This document shows, one piece after another, positions 1-13,000 of a stretch of DNA of 64,000 nucleotides. The position numbers and the translations under genes are program-made. The DNA lies in assembly GCA_051362555.1 (NCBI GenBank), contig CM120643.1, forward strand, positions 27,594,848-27,658,847. Reading direction: 5' to 3'. The notes under the pieces are model-generated. The model had not been told where the DNA came from. It ran no database searches and was given only the letters and a program-made list of their open reading frames with translations. Every line of letters begins with the position of its first letter. Position 1 is the first letter of the stretch. The stretch comes from Lingula anatina. Lineage: Eukaryota > Animalia > Brachiopoda.

Positions 1-1115
1 CACAATTCTGATAAACAAGCTGATAGAAAACACAGCAAAACCACAAAATAAACAAAAATTATAACCACAAAATAAACAAAAAGAAAAAAATTCTAGTATT
101 CCTTTAATATATAGTTAAATATTCCAAACTTCTGAATAAACTCTTTTTGTCTGAAATTGGATCATTTTACCACAGTTTGATATAATTAATGTCATAGTAT
201 TAAATACGTCACTTAAAAATAACACTGGTCAAATGCAAAAAAATTAACAATATAATAATTTTAAACTTATCTCATACCATAAGCAAAAAATATTATAAAT
301 ACCAACTGCATTTTGTGCAACTTGTAACACTAACACATCTAATATTCAACAGAACGGCCATGCCATAATGAGGTCTTCACAAAATATGTACACTTCTGTC
401 ACAATTAAAAATAATATTTAAAAAATACAGTCTCCACTTTTAGTGGTCATTCAATAACTATACACACCAATGGGCTCACCCAATTCAATTAGAATATTTT
501 CATAGATCTTGAAAATCTGTTAATTATACATTGTGAAAAAATTAAATATTCCTCGTTTGATGTCTATAAATATAAATAATCTGTAATGGTCACAGAATTA
601 TCCTGATCTCTCAGGTCAGTCATTTACCATATAATAGCCCAGTTTATCTAACATCTCAGCTATGTAGGTACTACACCAAGGTACACTGTCACATTACAAC
701 TTTAGCCCCAAAATTGGTCTACAGTTTTAGATCAAAATTTTAGTCTTAACTGACCCAAGAGAACAATGAAATGAAACAGTGTGTCCATTTTATAACAAGA
801 CAGACATGGCCACCATTCCAGACTAATACTTACTAAACCTATGTGAACTACAATGGATAAGTGTTCACATTATGCAGAACAAAATTTTGACCTAAAGTTA
901 TGATCAATTTTCTGGCAAAAGTTCTTCTTTTTCAAAACAGATCCTACAGCTGCCACAGTTATATTTCCCATAAGAATTTCATTACGACTTGTTATTCTGT
1001 TCATAAACTTTATGTGTGGCCAGTTTCATATATAGTAATGCAACAAACCTGACCCCATAATTTCAGTCCAAACCAAGTGTCAAGAGATGGTGCAATCCAG
1101 TTGGTGTACCTAATA

Positions 1116-2960
1116 TCAGAGGATGAGCGGCCATGCTGCTCTGGGAGGACGGTCCCAAACCACTGCATGTTGACCACACGGGCACACTTCATACAGCATC
1201 ATAGCCAAATCAAAGTCTACGAAGGCTTTCCAACTCCGCTCCAACTTCTCCTTGTTAATGTAGAGCAGGTCCCGGCAGCTTTCGCGCAGGAGGTGATAAA
1301 GGCATGGAAACGTGTTGACTTCAACCAGAGGTCCCTCCCAGTGCTTGCGACTGACTTCAAAGTATTTCAGCTGCGGCAGATCAATTTTCTTCAGAAAGAA
1401 CCCCTGGGAATTGGCAATATCTAATCGCTGAAGCCTGGGGTGAGAGATCTCGTAGACAGTTCGAGAGTGAAAAATTGGCATGAAAATCTCCAAGGTTAGA
1501 TCCTGCAGATGGGGCATACTGCTACATACGGTGTGTAGCTGGGACTGCTCAACCACCCGAAAGATTACATATTTCCGTAAGGCCAGTGTCTCTAGTTGGG
1601 TCAACCTGGCCAAGCAGCTAACTGACCAGTGGGCCCAGTCAAATGGAATGTCCAAGTGCCGCAAGTTTTGAGCGCGGAGGGTCAGTAGTCCGAATATATG
1701 ACCAAAAGGATGCATGCGGAACAGGTGTTGGTGGACCTGCAGTCTGACCTTGTTGAAGAGACAGCAGAATTTGTCCAGAAACTGAGGGCGGGATGGCGTG
1801 TGTGTCCAGTCCAGGTGGACAGTGGTCAGTTCACGACAATTGGCAGCGGTCAGCAGGCGCACCAGCACCACACACCAAGGCTCGTCCTCATTCGCAATGT
1901 CGAAATTGAAATTCAGTTGTTTTATCGCAGGTTTCACCTCGTTGAGAAACTTAGCGAAATTACAGATGTCTCTGACATACTTTGTGAAACGGTCTCCTAT
2001 CCTACAAGTCCTGCTACATCTGACTTTGTCGCGTTTGTGTTCACAGATATAAAACTGGGAAAAATCCAGCCTTCCCCACAAGCTGGGAGACTTTATGAGT
2101 TGATGCCAGTCTCTGCACACTGCCATGGCCCTCGCTCGATCAAATATACTTAAATGAGAGAAGATTTTCATCTGACATTCTACTGGGAGGAAATTAAAGG
2201 GAAATTTGAAGTTTTTGGCATAAATTCTTGGTGATCGTCTCTTATCTTCATCAGAGATAAGCCTCCTTAGCTCACGTCTTCTTTTGACCTTCTCTCTTCT
2301 TTTTCCGCACTCATCACACCAAACATTCTTCCTTTTGGGGGTGGATACCTCTGTCACCTTATTTTCTGAACATTTCCTTTTTCTTTGTGAAGTCCTTTTT
2401 GTAATAGTCACTTTGTTAAAGTTCACCTGACGAGAAACTTTTTTAATCTGTGACCTTGTTATTGGTCCGATGTGCGTGGGGGTTTCAGTTTCATTGATTG
2501 TGGCAGACTTTGGAGTTGTCACATTTTCCTGAGATAACCTACTACTGCGTCTCCTGGACCCTCCCTCATTCCCAGATAATAAAGACTGCGACCTAGTTCT
2601 TACATTATTAATGGGTTTCAGAGCAACAACAGGCAAAGCAAGTGATGAGGACATTTCCCTGTTTTCCACCTTACAAGAGGAGTTGGTAGTATCTGTATCA
2701 GTAGCTTTGGAACGCAGATTCTTTCCTTCTGTATTTCCCCCTTCTTTCAATTCATTATTGGAGTCATCCTCTGCATTTCCCTGAGAGGCAGAGGCACTTT
2801 CTGAGTATTCTACATTTGTTCCATGTTCTTCAATATTTGAGGCACAGTCACTGTTTGCATCATCAACACACGGTCCTGATGCTGTAAGCTTACGTGCAGT
2901 ATGGCTTTTTTTCTCCAAGACAGAAGCTCTTTTGTTTCTTGGCTCTTTCCTAGGAGGCAT
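1116..2960 (-). CDS. F-box protein with long low-complexity/basic N-terminus and LRR-like C-terminal region (614 aa, single coding exon)
   Basis: Longest ORF in the window. Contains F-box consensus FPFNFLPVECQMKIFSHLSIFDRARAMAVCRDWHQLIKSPSLWGRLDF, followed by LxxLxL repeats (LRHLDI, LETLAL, LQDLTL, LQRLDI). Probable 5'UTR intron acceptor on the minus strand at ~3138-3140. Confidence 0.85.
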   Translation of the reverse strand: MPPRKEPRNKRASVLEKKSHTARKLTASGPCVDDANSDCASNIEEHGTNVEYSESASASQGNAEDDSNNELKEGGNTEGKNLRSKATDTDTTNSSCKVENREMSSSLALPVVALKPINNVRTRSQSLLSGNEGGSRRRSSRLSQENVTTPKSATINETETPTHIGPITRSQIKKVSRQVNFNKVTITKRTSQRKRKCSENKVTEVSTPKRKNVWCDECGKRREKVKRRRELRRLISDEDKRRSPRIYAKNFKFPFNFLPVECQMKIFSHLSIFDRARAMAVCRDWHQLIKSPSLWGRLDFSQFYICEHKRDKVRCSRTCRIGDRFTKYVRDICNFAKFLNEVKPAIKQLNFNFDIANEDEPWCVVLVRLLTAANCRELTTVHLDWTHTPSRPQFLDKFCCLFNKVRLQVHQHLFRMHPFGHIFGLLTLRAQNLRHLDIPFDWAHWSVSCLARLTQLETLALRKYVIFRVVEQSQLHTVCSSMPHLQDLTLEIFMPIFHSRTVYEISHPRLQRLDIANSQGFFLKKIDLPQLKYFEVSRKHWEGPLVEVNTFPCLYHLLRESCRDLLYINKEKLERSWKAFVDFDLAMMLYEVCPCGQHAVVWDRPPRAAWPLIL

Positions 2961-3399
2961 GGTGATTCAAAAGTAAATCAATACTCTCCGATATTGTGCT
3001 GGTGTTGAAGTTGATCTTTTCACAATCAAGTCACCATGTTCAAAAATTATCAGAAACATGCCCCACTTCAAGAAAGCTGAACTTCTTCTGGTTCACTTGA
3101 AAATACTACAAGCATACTTCAGAACCATCTCAAACTCCTGAAATAAATAACACAATGTTAATAATTTAAACAACCTACTGTATACCCCCCACAAAAAATA
3201 ATAATAATAATAAAATAAATAAATGAATAAAATAAAAATAAAAAATAAAAAAAAGTAAGTGTCATATTGAAAGAAATCTTCGACCTCACATATCTGGAAA
3301 TGAAACAAATTATTCAGTAGTGGCATAAATAATTTTTATATTTTAAATACTGCTTTAATTCTTTTGTTAACCGTTAAGAAAGGAAGCCTACATTGCTGT

Positions 3400-4048
3400 T
3401 TACTTGCAAGTTATGAAACGCCTAAATCTAAACTATTAATATAATGTTGCACTATGAAATACATGAAGCGTCCAAGCTTGTGTCCATTGTTCCGTGCGTT
3501 CCTGTACTTTTTGGACAGGGAATTTATCGGTCGTGCGCGTGACACAATGATAAAGCGATAGACTTCGAAACCAAACAAACGCAGTCGCCCATTTTGACTG
3601 CACACGACACTGTACATATTGCAAGGAAGAACTACCCAAGCTACTTTGTACCGAAACAATGAACAATTTAACCTAAATCATAGTGAGCATACAAATTAGG
3701 TGTCTTACGTGTTTATGCTGTCAACTCGCGCCCAGAGAGCTTGCCTTCATAAAATATTTCTACTGCGAAGTTGGTTGTTGATCTAGCGCCTTCTCACCCC
3801 TTAGATCTAACTTCTGACATCAGTCGTGGTAACGAAGCTGAAATCTCATATCTTCAAATTACATCTATTGTTTTAAGCCAGAACACTTCTTAGTTAACAT
3901 TAAGTTGATTTTATATATGCAATAGAATACTACTTCTGATAAAGGAGTATGTTTTGAGTCGTTCTGTTGAAGGCCATATTGCGACAGCCGTAGAGCAGTA
4001 CGTGGCAACTCCAGCTGGAAGAAGAGCGATAATGCAAGTAAAGGAAAT
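3400..4048. promoter_or_regulatory. Probable bidirectional promoter between the F-box gene and WDR59
   Basis: Divergent start codons only ~1.1 kb apart (2960 minus, 4049 plus). The interval is visibly richer in CpG than the CpG-depleted gene bodies on either side. TSSs not determined. Confidence 0.5.
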
Positions 4049-7000
4049 ATGTCTCGCTGGAGTAGTGAATATGTTGTGGCGGAGTACAGAGATCTCCAGG
4101 TGAGCTAATGTCTAGGTCGTTTGCTGCATTACCTGCTCCCCCTACTCTGACTAGCTGGATAAGTTTTGTGGTTATTTGAGTCGTAACTTACACAGTCATT
4201 TGTGTTGACCAGTCCGCAGAGTTCGCTGTCATAGTCAAGGACACTTTTAGCAGTCAAACAAAATATAATTTCAACAGATAATTCAACTGTGCAGCTCAAT
4301 CACATATTTGTAATGAAATCTTATTTCAGTCGTTAGGTAACTATTGATAAGTTTTTTTTAATATATAAGCTCTTCAGTTTCAAAGCACAAATTTTAAAAA
4401 TCAATCCTCCCCTTCCTGTTTCTGACTTCATCAAGTTCAACTTCGCTGTTGACTGCTCTCTTACCTTTGATGACACTGCTTAGTCTGTTATATCAAAATC
4501 TTATGATAACAATTTTGTGACCAGTTCATTTCCTATTTCTCTATGATATCATTTTTACCTTTCAGGCCAACTGTATGGCTGTGGACTGTCTTGGAGAGCA
4601 TGCAGTACTGGCAGGGCAAGTACTCTGAGGATTTTACTCAAAAATGCTGCGCACATTCTTTTTTCAAGTGTAAAATATGTTCATCGGTATAACAACCTTG
4701 GCCTTTATCAGTCTTAATTGATGTACTCCTGGAAAATTGTTGAGCAATATACTAGTAAACATATTTTGAGTCATAAGTTTTAAAAACACTTGAAAGTCAA
4801 ATATTTTGGTTGATAACAGTAAAATAATTTTAGTGCAATTTTTTTTTTTTTTTTTGGTCTTTAGAGGAAAATGAAAAATGAAGCTCCAATATGAGGGAAT
4901 GAATAAAACTATATGCACTTGTTTTTATAACAGCATGTGTTTCAAAACAATATTTCATTTCATGTTTCTATGTTCCAAAACATGCTAGAAAACACCCCAA
5001 ACAATCACCCTCTTAAGTCCTATGTTCTGGTTCCAGGCGGCGTGTGCTAGCCATTGTCCCCTTAGACAGACCCAAAGACAGCATCAAGAAGGTGAACAGG
5101 CAGAGTAAGTGGGAAGTCAGCGCGGTCCAGTGGAACCCACACCCCTCTCACGCTCAGATACTGGTCACTGCGGTAAGTTGGAAACTAGAAATAGTCACCT
5201 GTAATTAGCTGTCTAAATTCCAAAACTTTGTAGCCATACACCTGAAGAATTTTAGACCAATTCAGACAGCTGAGTAATTTGCCACTGCAGTAAGTAGGAA
5301 AACTAGCTTTACTATAACTATCTGCTGTTTTAATTTGTCTAAGATTTTGTAGCCAAATCCTGAATATGTTTAAACCAATTAGCTAAGTAGACTGCCACTG
5401 TGGTGAAGAGGAAACTGAGGTCACTTTCTGTCTTACTTAGCTGTCTTCCTTCATCTTGAAATTATCTAGAGATTTTACAAAATATTGTATCCTAAAAAGA
5501 CACTGGAAAGAAAGAAAAAAATGTGAGATAATCATGTTCTTAATTCTCAGTGAAAAAGTAAAACCTGTCTTCTCACAGGTTAGGGTGCCATCTATAGGTC
5601 ATGGTCACAAACTACTTCCAACTGAGAACTGATAATAAATTTTTTCAAGTCTAAGATACTTGATAGTAGACTTTAATTGGAGTTTATTTGAATTTTAGTA
5701 CAAGACCAAAGTATGTATTAGTAATAACTTTATAAATATCATTGACATTGCTATTAATGTAATATATATATCCTCAAATATTTTATGTGTTCAAGTCTTA
5801 CAATGTTGTCATTATTGACCAGAAATAGATTCAGAGGTTTGCCTCTGCACATAAATCAGGGGTCGAAATGTTTAGAAAATCATACTTTCCCTGCCGGGAA
5901 AGTGACTTTGTACATTACTTTCCCTGCAAGAAAGTAGCTTTCCCTGACAACAAAATCATGAAAACCAATTTCCCTCATATTAAATTAGTTTATTTAAATA
6001 TGATGATGAATTATAAAGGAAAGAACATATCTTTGAGAAATTAATGTTTATTGTTATGAAATAAACTAACTTGGCATCCACATATAGTGTTTTTATAACA
6101 ACTGGGTATATTTGTCAACATTAATGTGACTGAAATCTAAGTACCAATTACATATGCTGCATCTGACTAGAAGGACCATCACAATGGCCAAGAGAGCACA
6201 AATATTAGGATAAATGTCTTTTAGTACAGTCAGCATTCTGCTTAAAAAGGCAACTATGTCCTGGCCCTCTTGCTCTTCATGAAGTTCCAGCATGGATTTT
6301 CTTAACTGAGGCCATTCAGCCTGGCACATGTTTGTTATAAAGCCAGAGTTATCCAGTGTCCTTCTAAAATGTTCTGAAAGCCTTAAAATTGTCTCATCTC
6401 CATACTCGTTACTGTCTATATTCTCCATGGGTCCATTTTTGGCAGCTAAAAAGTAAGTATTTATGGTTAGTGATTAATTGAGATTTTATTGCAATTATAT
6501 ACAGTTACAGAGAAACTACTGGAAACTGTTCACTTTAATGGTAAGGTGAATACTTTACTATGAACTGAAGGCAGACTCTAAACATGTCAATTATCATGTA
6601 ATCATGGTCAATCCAATAAGCATTCTAGTTATTTCTAAGGTGCACAATGATTAATTTCATTAGAAACTTGGGGGATTTTCTTAATGGTAGACAACTTTAC
6701 ACCACTTAGAAAAGAGGAAGTTGAAGAAGTGCAGTGAAATCTTGATGTTAAAAACTCCGTTTTCAGAAGTAAAGGGGATAAAGATATTAGGTCCTTAGTT
6801 ATATAGGCTAGAATAACCCATGACATCTTTTAAAAGGTCATCAGTTTGGTGGGAGTTCAATGAAAAACAAATCAATCACTTTTCATGCAAACTAAATAGG
6901 CCCAGTTGGTGCTCTTGAGCAGAGCGAAAAATTCAAGGGTAGGAAAAACTCGGTCTGTGAAAAGGCCGATTTATTTTTCACTACATCATGTCATCAGCAA

Positions 7001-10000
7001 AGAGATAGAGGTAGGGCAATTTTAGTGTTTACTACTTAACGGAAAAAAAAACGTCTTGTTCATTAAATTAACAATTCATTTAGATATGAAACATGTTAGG
7101 CATTATTATTATTTACGACGTACTGTACCTGCATCGTCGCCATGTGCACCTGCTTCACCCTCAATTTCTTATCGTGTCTTGAAGTTTACGTGTCTTGTTT
7201 AGCGACTTTGCTTGGTTTTTCCCGTGCTTTCGTCTTTGATTTTCCACTCGAGGAACTCATGTTCAAAGATATTCATTTTCTGAACATTTAACTCCGTCAG
7301 ATTTGAGCCCGACTTACGCGCGCAACCTGAATCTTGCATCAGCTGATCGTGCATAAATGGCTGACTGATATTCGTTCCCCGTACTACGCTCTCTAGTGCC
7401 CATTATTTGTGTAGGCTTGGACGCTGTCTTAACTTTGTTCCCGCACATTAATTTGTTTCAGTGAGCTGCGTAGGTTTGTACCTTTCTATGTTATACATGC
7501 TAGCTGTGCAGACTTTATCCTTTCTATGTCAATCATTGTGTAAATGGGATAGGGAACGAGTCAGATACACCACCATGAGACGATTTTGATTGACAACTCT
7601 CTCGAAATTCAAAAGGAGGCCCCATAACAAATTCTAGCTAGTCACGTGAGTGCGTCCTTAGTTTCAGAGTAAGTACTTACGTCTAGCTTACTTGCGTTGT
7701 GGAAAATGGTTAAATAATTGACCGCTTGTATCAGCACAACTAAGTGCCAGGAAATGAATTTCATGTTACAGTTCTTCGGGAAAGCGACCTCTAAGCGCAG
7801 TTTCCCGAGAGGTTTTTGCATTTCCCGGGCATTTTCAGTGATTTACCGGACGGGAAAGTAAGATATGACATAGATTTCCCGAGCTCGCAATAGCTTTCCC
7901 TCGGGAAAGCGGGAAAGCAACATTTCGACCCCTGTAAATGTATTTGATAGTACCGCTATGTTATCCATCAGTTATTGTATCATTCCAGACTAACCAAAGA
8001 GTAGATCTTGTAGCCTGGATAGATGGTAAAGGAGTACAGCAGGGTTCACTGAAGGCGCATACTAGAGTTATCAGGTAATGTTTTGTATTTTCTATTGGGC
8101 ACTTTGTTTGACATCTTAGGTCCTAAAGAACAGACGCAACAGGGACCCTCTCATAAATGGTTAAGTTTTTGACTTACATGAACAAATATAGTGAATTAGT
8201 AAGGACAGCTTTATGATAGTGATCATAGAGTCTTGTACAAACAGTAAATGGTGCTGACATCCTGAAGTTGCCAGTTATCAAGATAATCACAGTATGTTCA
8301 AGTCTAGTGAAGCAGCCTGTCAGTGTGTTATGTTGTTGAGAAATTGCATTTAACCAAATAAATGTTATATTTTTATCTCTACAGTGATTTGGACTGGTCC
8401 CCCATTGAGGCCAGCTCTCTGGCCACCTGTTCTGTGGACACCTACACCTTCCTGTGGGACATCAAGTAAGTGGACAGGCCATAATTGGCCAGCATTCACA
8501 AGGATGAAGTTTATCCAACTATCAGCAGAATTCTGACTTTTTGGGAGTCAAAAATATCATTGAGCTAAGCAACCTCCATGACCTCACACCATATTTTCCA
8601 ACTTATTCACTAAATGGCAGTCTCATCCCTGCATTTATTAGCTTATTTATGTAGATGCTGATTATGATTATAATTATAACATATATGGTCAAAATTAAAT
8701 TTTTATTTACTATCTTTATAAGTCTTCTATAAGTGTGATAAAATTTCAGTACTTGCACTTTGATTTGGCTTACATTTTAACAAAATCCTTTATTTTGTCA
8801 GATATCACCTGGTAATGTATGTTAATTATGATAAAAACATTAAGCTTAGTGTCACAAAACCAGTTTTATCTCAACTCTTACACTCTACTGAATTCTGTAC
8901 TCTCTGTTTATTTCTGTACTCTGTACTCTGGTAGTGTCTGGTGTTATATAATTCTATACTCTGTATATCCCCTCAGTGACCAGAGACTTCCCATCAAGTC
9001 CTTGCAGGCAGTGTCTGGTGTTATATAATTCTATACTCTGTATATCTCCCAGTGACCAGAGACTTCCCATCAAGTCCTTGCAGGCAGTGTCTGGTGTTAT
9101 ATAATTCTATACTCTGTATATCTCCCAGTGACCAGAGACTTCCCATCAAGTCCTTGCAGGCAGTGTCTGGTGTTATATAATTCTATACTCTGTATATCCC
9201 CTCAGTGACCAGAGACGTCCCATCAAGTCCCTGCAGGCAGTGTCTGGTGTTATATAATTCTATACTCTGTATATCCCCTCAGTGACCAGAGACGTCCCAT
9301 CAAGTCCCTGCAGGCAGTGTCTGGTGCTAACCAGGTGAAGTGGAATAAAGTCAATGAGCACCTGCTGGCCACCGCACATGATGGAGACATCAGACTCTGG
9401 GATACCAGGGTAAGTTTTTATGTACAGACACAGATGTGTCTGTACATATTGCCATCACCTGCGTCTGTCGTCGCCGTCGTCGCCGATGCCGATGGCGTCG
9501 CCGATGCCGTCGCCGATGCCGGCGCCGTGCACTTTCCTTGTTAACACGATAAGTGGAGGGCAGTTTTACTTTTTGGCTTTATATTTACAGAGCTGATGAA
9601 TATTCATAAAACACAGGTCAAGTTCGAAAATCAGCATGATCGGGCCATTATTGTAGAAGTTATGCTGTTTTTTCACTTTTCAGCATATATGCAACCCTGT
9701 TAACACATTTTAAGGAAAACCGATAGGCCTGTTGTCATGAAACTCACAGGAGTAATCAATCTTACTAAAACGCAGGTCAAGTTCGAAAATCGGCATGATC
9801 GGGCCACTATTTTAGTAGTTATGCTGTTTTTTCACTTTTTAGCATATATGCAACATTGTTAACACATTTCAAGGAAAACCCATAGGCCTGTTGTCATGAA
9901 ACTCACATTAGTAATCAATCTTACTAAAACGCAGGTCAAGTTCGAAAATCAGCATAATGGGGCCATTATTTTATAAGTTATGCTGTTTTTTCACATTTCC

Positions 10001-13000
10001 TCAGATTCAATTCTTAGGCATGTTAACAGTCTCATTATTTAACTAATAAGATATGTAAATGTGTTTGTTTGACATTTCCTGCAACTTTAAAACATTGTTA
10101 GTTGATTATGTAAAAATGATGGTAAACTTGTTATCATGTATTGTATAATAGAGTTTCAAAAATGGAAAAAAACTCATATCATTGCAGTTTGTCAGATTAA
10201 TTCATTCACTATGTTCAGAAACTCGGAATGGAGGAAATTGGACATTAAACACTGTTCTATTGATATTTTTCCCATGTCATCAATTTTCTTAGTTGATCAT
10301 ATAAAAATGGCAGTAAACTGTTAATTTTGTCATATGTTAAACAATTGTTAAAAATGGAAAAAAACACATTTCAGGACAGTGCTGTCTTGTTTACATTTTG
10401 GCATTTTCAAGGTGTGACTTTGAAGTTCCATGGGCCTGAAGACCTTTGCTTGTCACATTTTCTCAATATCCATGATACTAATATTTTATTATTAAAAATT
10501 GATGGTTATTATCCTGTTAAACATTATGTAATATTGCATCAAAATTTGAAGAAACCCCTATTTTGGACACTGCTCCCATGATGACCATTTAAGGAAAACC
10601 ATGTCACTTACTGTTCTCAAACTTACAGGAAAGAAACATGGGACTAAGATACAGTTTAATTAGGCAATGCAGTCTGTTTGGTAATTCTTTCTGGCAGTTA
10701 AACAGTTTTTTGTGAAAATTAAATTTGTCACATATTGGCATTTTCAAGGTGTGACTTTGAAGTTCCATGGTCCTGAAGACCTTTTCTAGTCACATTTTCT
10801 GAATATCCATGATACTAATATTTTATTATTATGTACAGACACAGATGTGTCTGTACATATTGCCATCACCTGCGTCTGTCGTCGCCGTCGCCGTCGTTGC
10901 CGTCGCCGGCGCCGTGCACTTTCCTTGTAAACATGATAAGTGGAAGGCAGTTTTAATTTTTGGCTTTATATTTACAGAGCTGATGAATATTCATAAAACG
11001 CAGGTCAAGTTCGAAAATCAGCATGATCGGGCCATTATTGTAGAAATTATGCTGTTTTTTTCACTTTTCAGCATATATGCAACACTGTAAACACATTTCA
11101 AGGAAAACCGATTGGCCTGTTGTCATGAAACTCACAGGAGTAATCGATCTTACTAAAACGCAGGTCAAGTTCGAAAACCGTCATCATCAGGCCACTATTT
11201 AAGTAGTTATGCTTTTTTTCACTTTTCAGCATATATGCAACATTGTAAACACAATATAAGAAAAACAGACAGGCCAATTGTCATTAAACTCACAGGAGTG
11301 GTCAATCCTGCTAAAACACAGGTTGAGTTAAAAAAAATCAGCATAATCGGGCCATTATTTTAGAAGTTATGCTGTTTTTTCACATTTCCTCAGATTCAAT
11401 TCTTAGACATGTTAACAGTTTCATTATTTAATTAATAAGATACGTAAAAGTGTTTGTTTGACATTTCCTGCATCTTTACAACATTGTTAGTTGATTTTGT
11501 AAAAATGATGGTAAACTTGTTATCATGTATTGTGTAATAAAGTTTCAAAAATGGAAATAAACTCATATCATTGCAGTTTGTCAGGTTCAATCATTCACTA
11601 TGTTCAGAATCTCAGAATGGAAGAAATTGGACATTTAACACTGCTCTATTGATATTTTTCCCATCTCATCAATTTTCTTAGTTGATCGTATAAAAATGGC
11701 AGTAAACTGTTAATTTTGTTTTATGTTAAAAATTGTTAAAAATGGAATAAAACATTTCAGAACAGTGCTGTCTTGTTTACATTTTGGCATTTTCAAGTTG
11801 TGACTTTGAAGTTCCATGGGCCTGAAGACCTTTGCTAGTCACAGTTTCTGAATATCCATGATACTAATATTTTATTATTAAAAATTGATGGTCATTATGC
11901 TGTTAAACATTATGTAATATTGCATCAAAATTTGAAAAAAACCTATTTTGGGCACTGCTCCCATGATGACCATTTAAGAAAAACCATGTCACTTACTGTT
12001 CTCAAACAGTACAGTAAATATGTACAGATGTGTCTGTACATATTGCCATCACCTACGCCTGTCGTCGCTGTCGCTGTCGCACTTTCATTATAAACACGAT
12101 AAGTGGAAGGCAGTTTTACTTTTTGGCTGCTTGGTAATTCTTACTGCCAGTTAAACAGTTTTTTTGTGAAAATTTAATTTTTCACATATTGGCATTTTCA
12201 AGGTGTGAGTTTGAAGTTCCACAGGCTTGAAGACCCATGCTAGTCACATTTTCTGAAAATCCATGATACGTATATTTTATTATTAAAAATTGACGGTCAT
12301 TAGGCTGTTAACCATTATGTAATATTGCATCAGAATAGAAGAAAACACAATTTTGGGTGCTGCTGCCATGATGACCATTATGGGAAAACCATGTTACTTA
12401 TAATTGCCAAACTTTCAAAAAAGAAATACAGGACTAAAATGCAGCCTGAGTTGGAAAAGTAGTCTAATTGGCTTCTTTTTCTGGAAGTTATACATTTTCA
12501 AAGTGTGAACTTGAACTCCCATGGGCCTGAAGCCTTATGCTTGTTACACATTTTACTTACATTGGTATTACCTGTTGAGCATAATTAAAATTTGATGTTG
12601 AATTTGCAGTTTAACATAATGTACTTTTGCATCAGAATTGACAGTAGCCTATTTTGTGCATAGTTATTTCCTGTTTTTTGTCTGTACATTTGACAGCTTT
12701 GCTGCCTTGTTTATTTTCATTATCATTTTTATTACATTTGAATGTTTTTACTTGTTGAATATGAGATATTTGAAAATAATTTTGAGTAATTAATAATTTA
12801 TTTATGCATTCATCATTATTATTATTATTATTATTTCTCTAGGACTCTAAGGGTTCTCCAGTTCAGTATATAGCAGGACATCTACAGAAGATCCATGGTG
12901 TAGACTGGAGTCCCAGCAGTGAGCATCATCTGGCCACTTCTAGCCAGGACAGCACTGTGAAGGTGAGACAACCTGGGGGGGGTTTATAATGTGAATTGTA

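Noticed and set aside
1077-2153. Plus-strand ORFs of 60-151 aa
   Set aside because: Antisense shadows of the F-box CDS with no recognisable motifs.
9317-11090. Ala/Val/Asp-rich ORFs
   Set aside because: Read-through from exon 6 into the (GTCGCC)n microsatellite of the HINE-like element.
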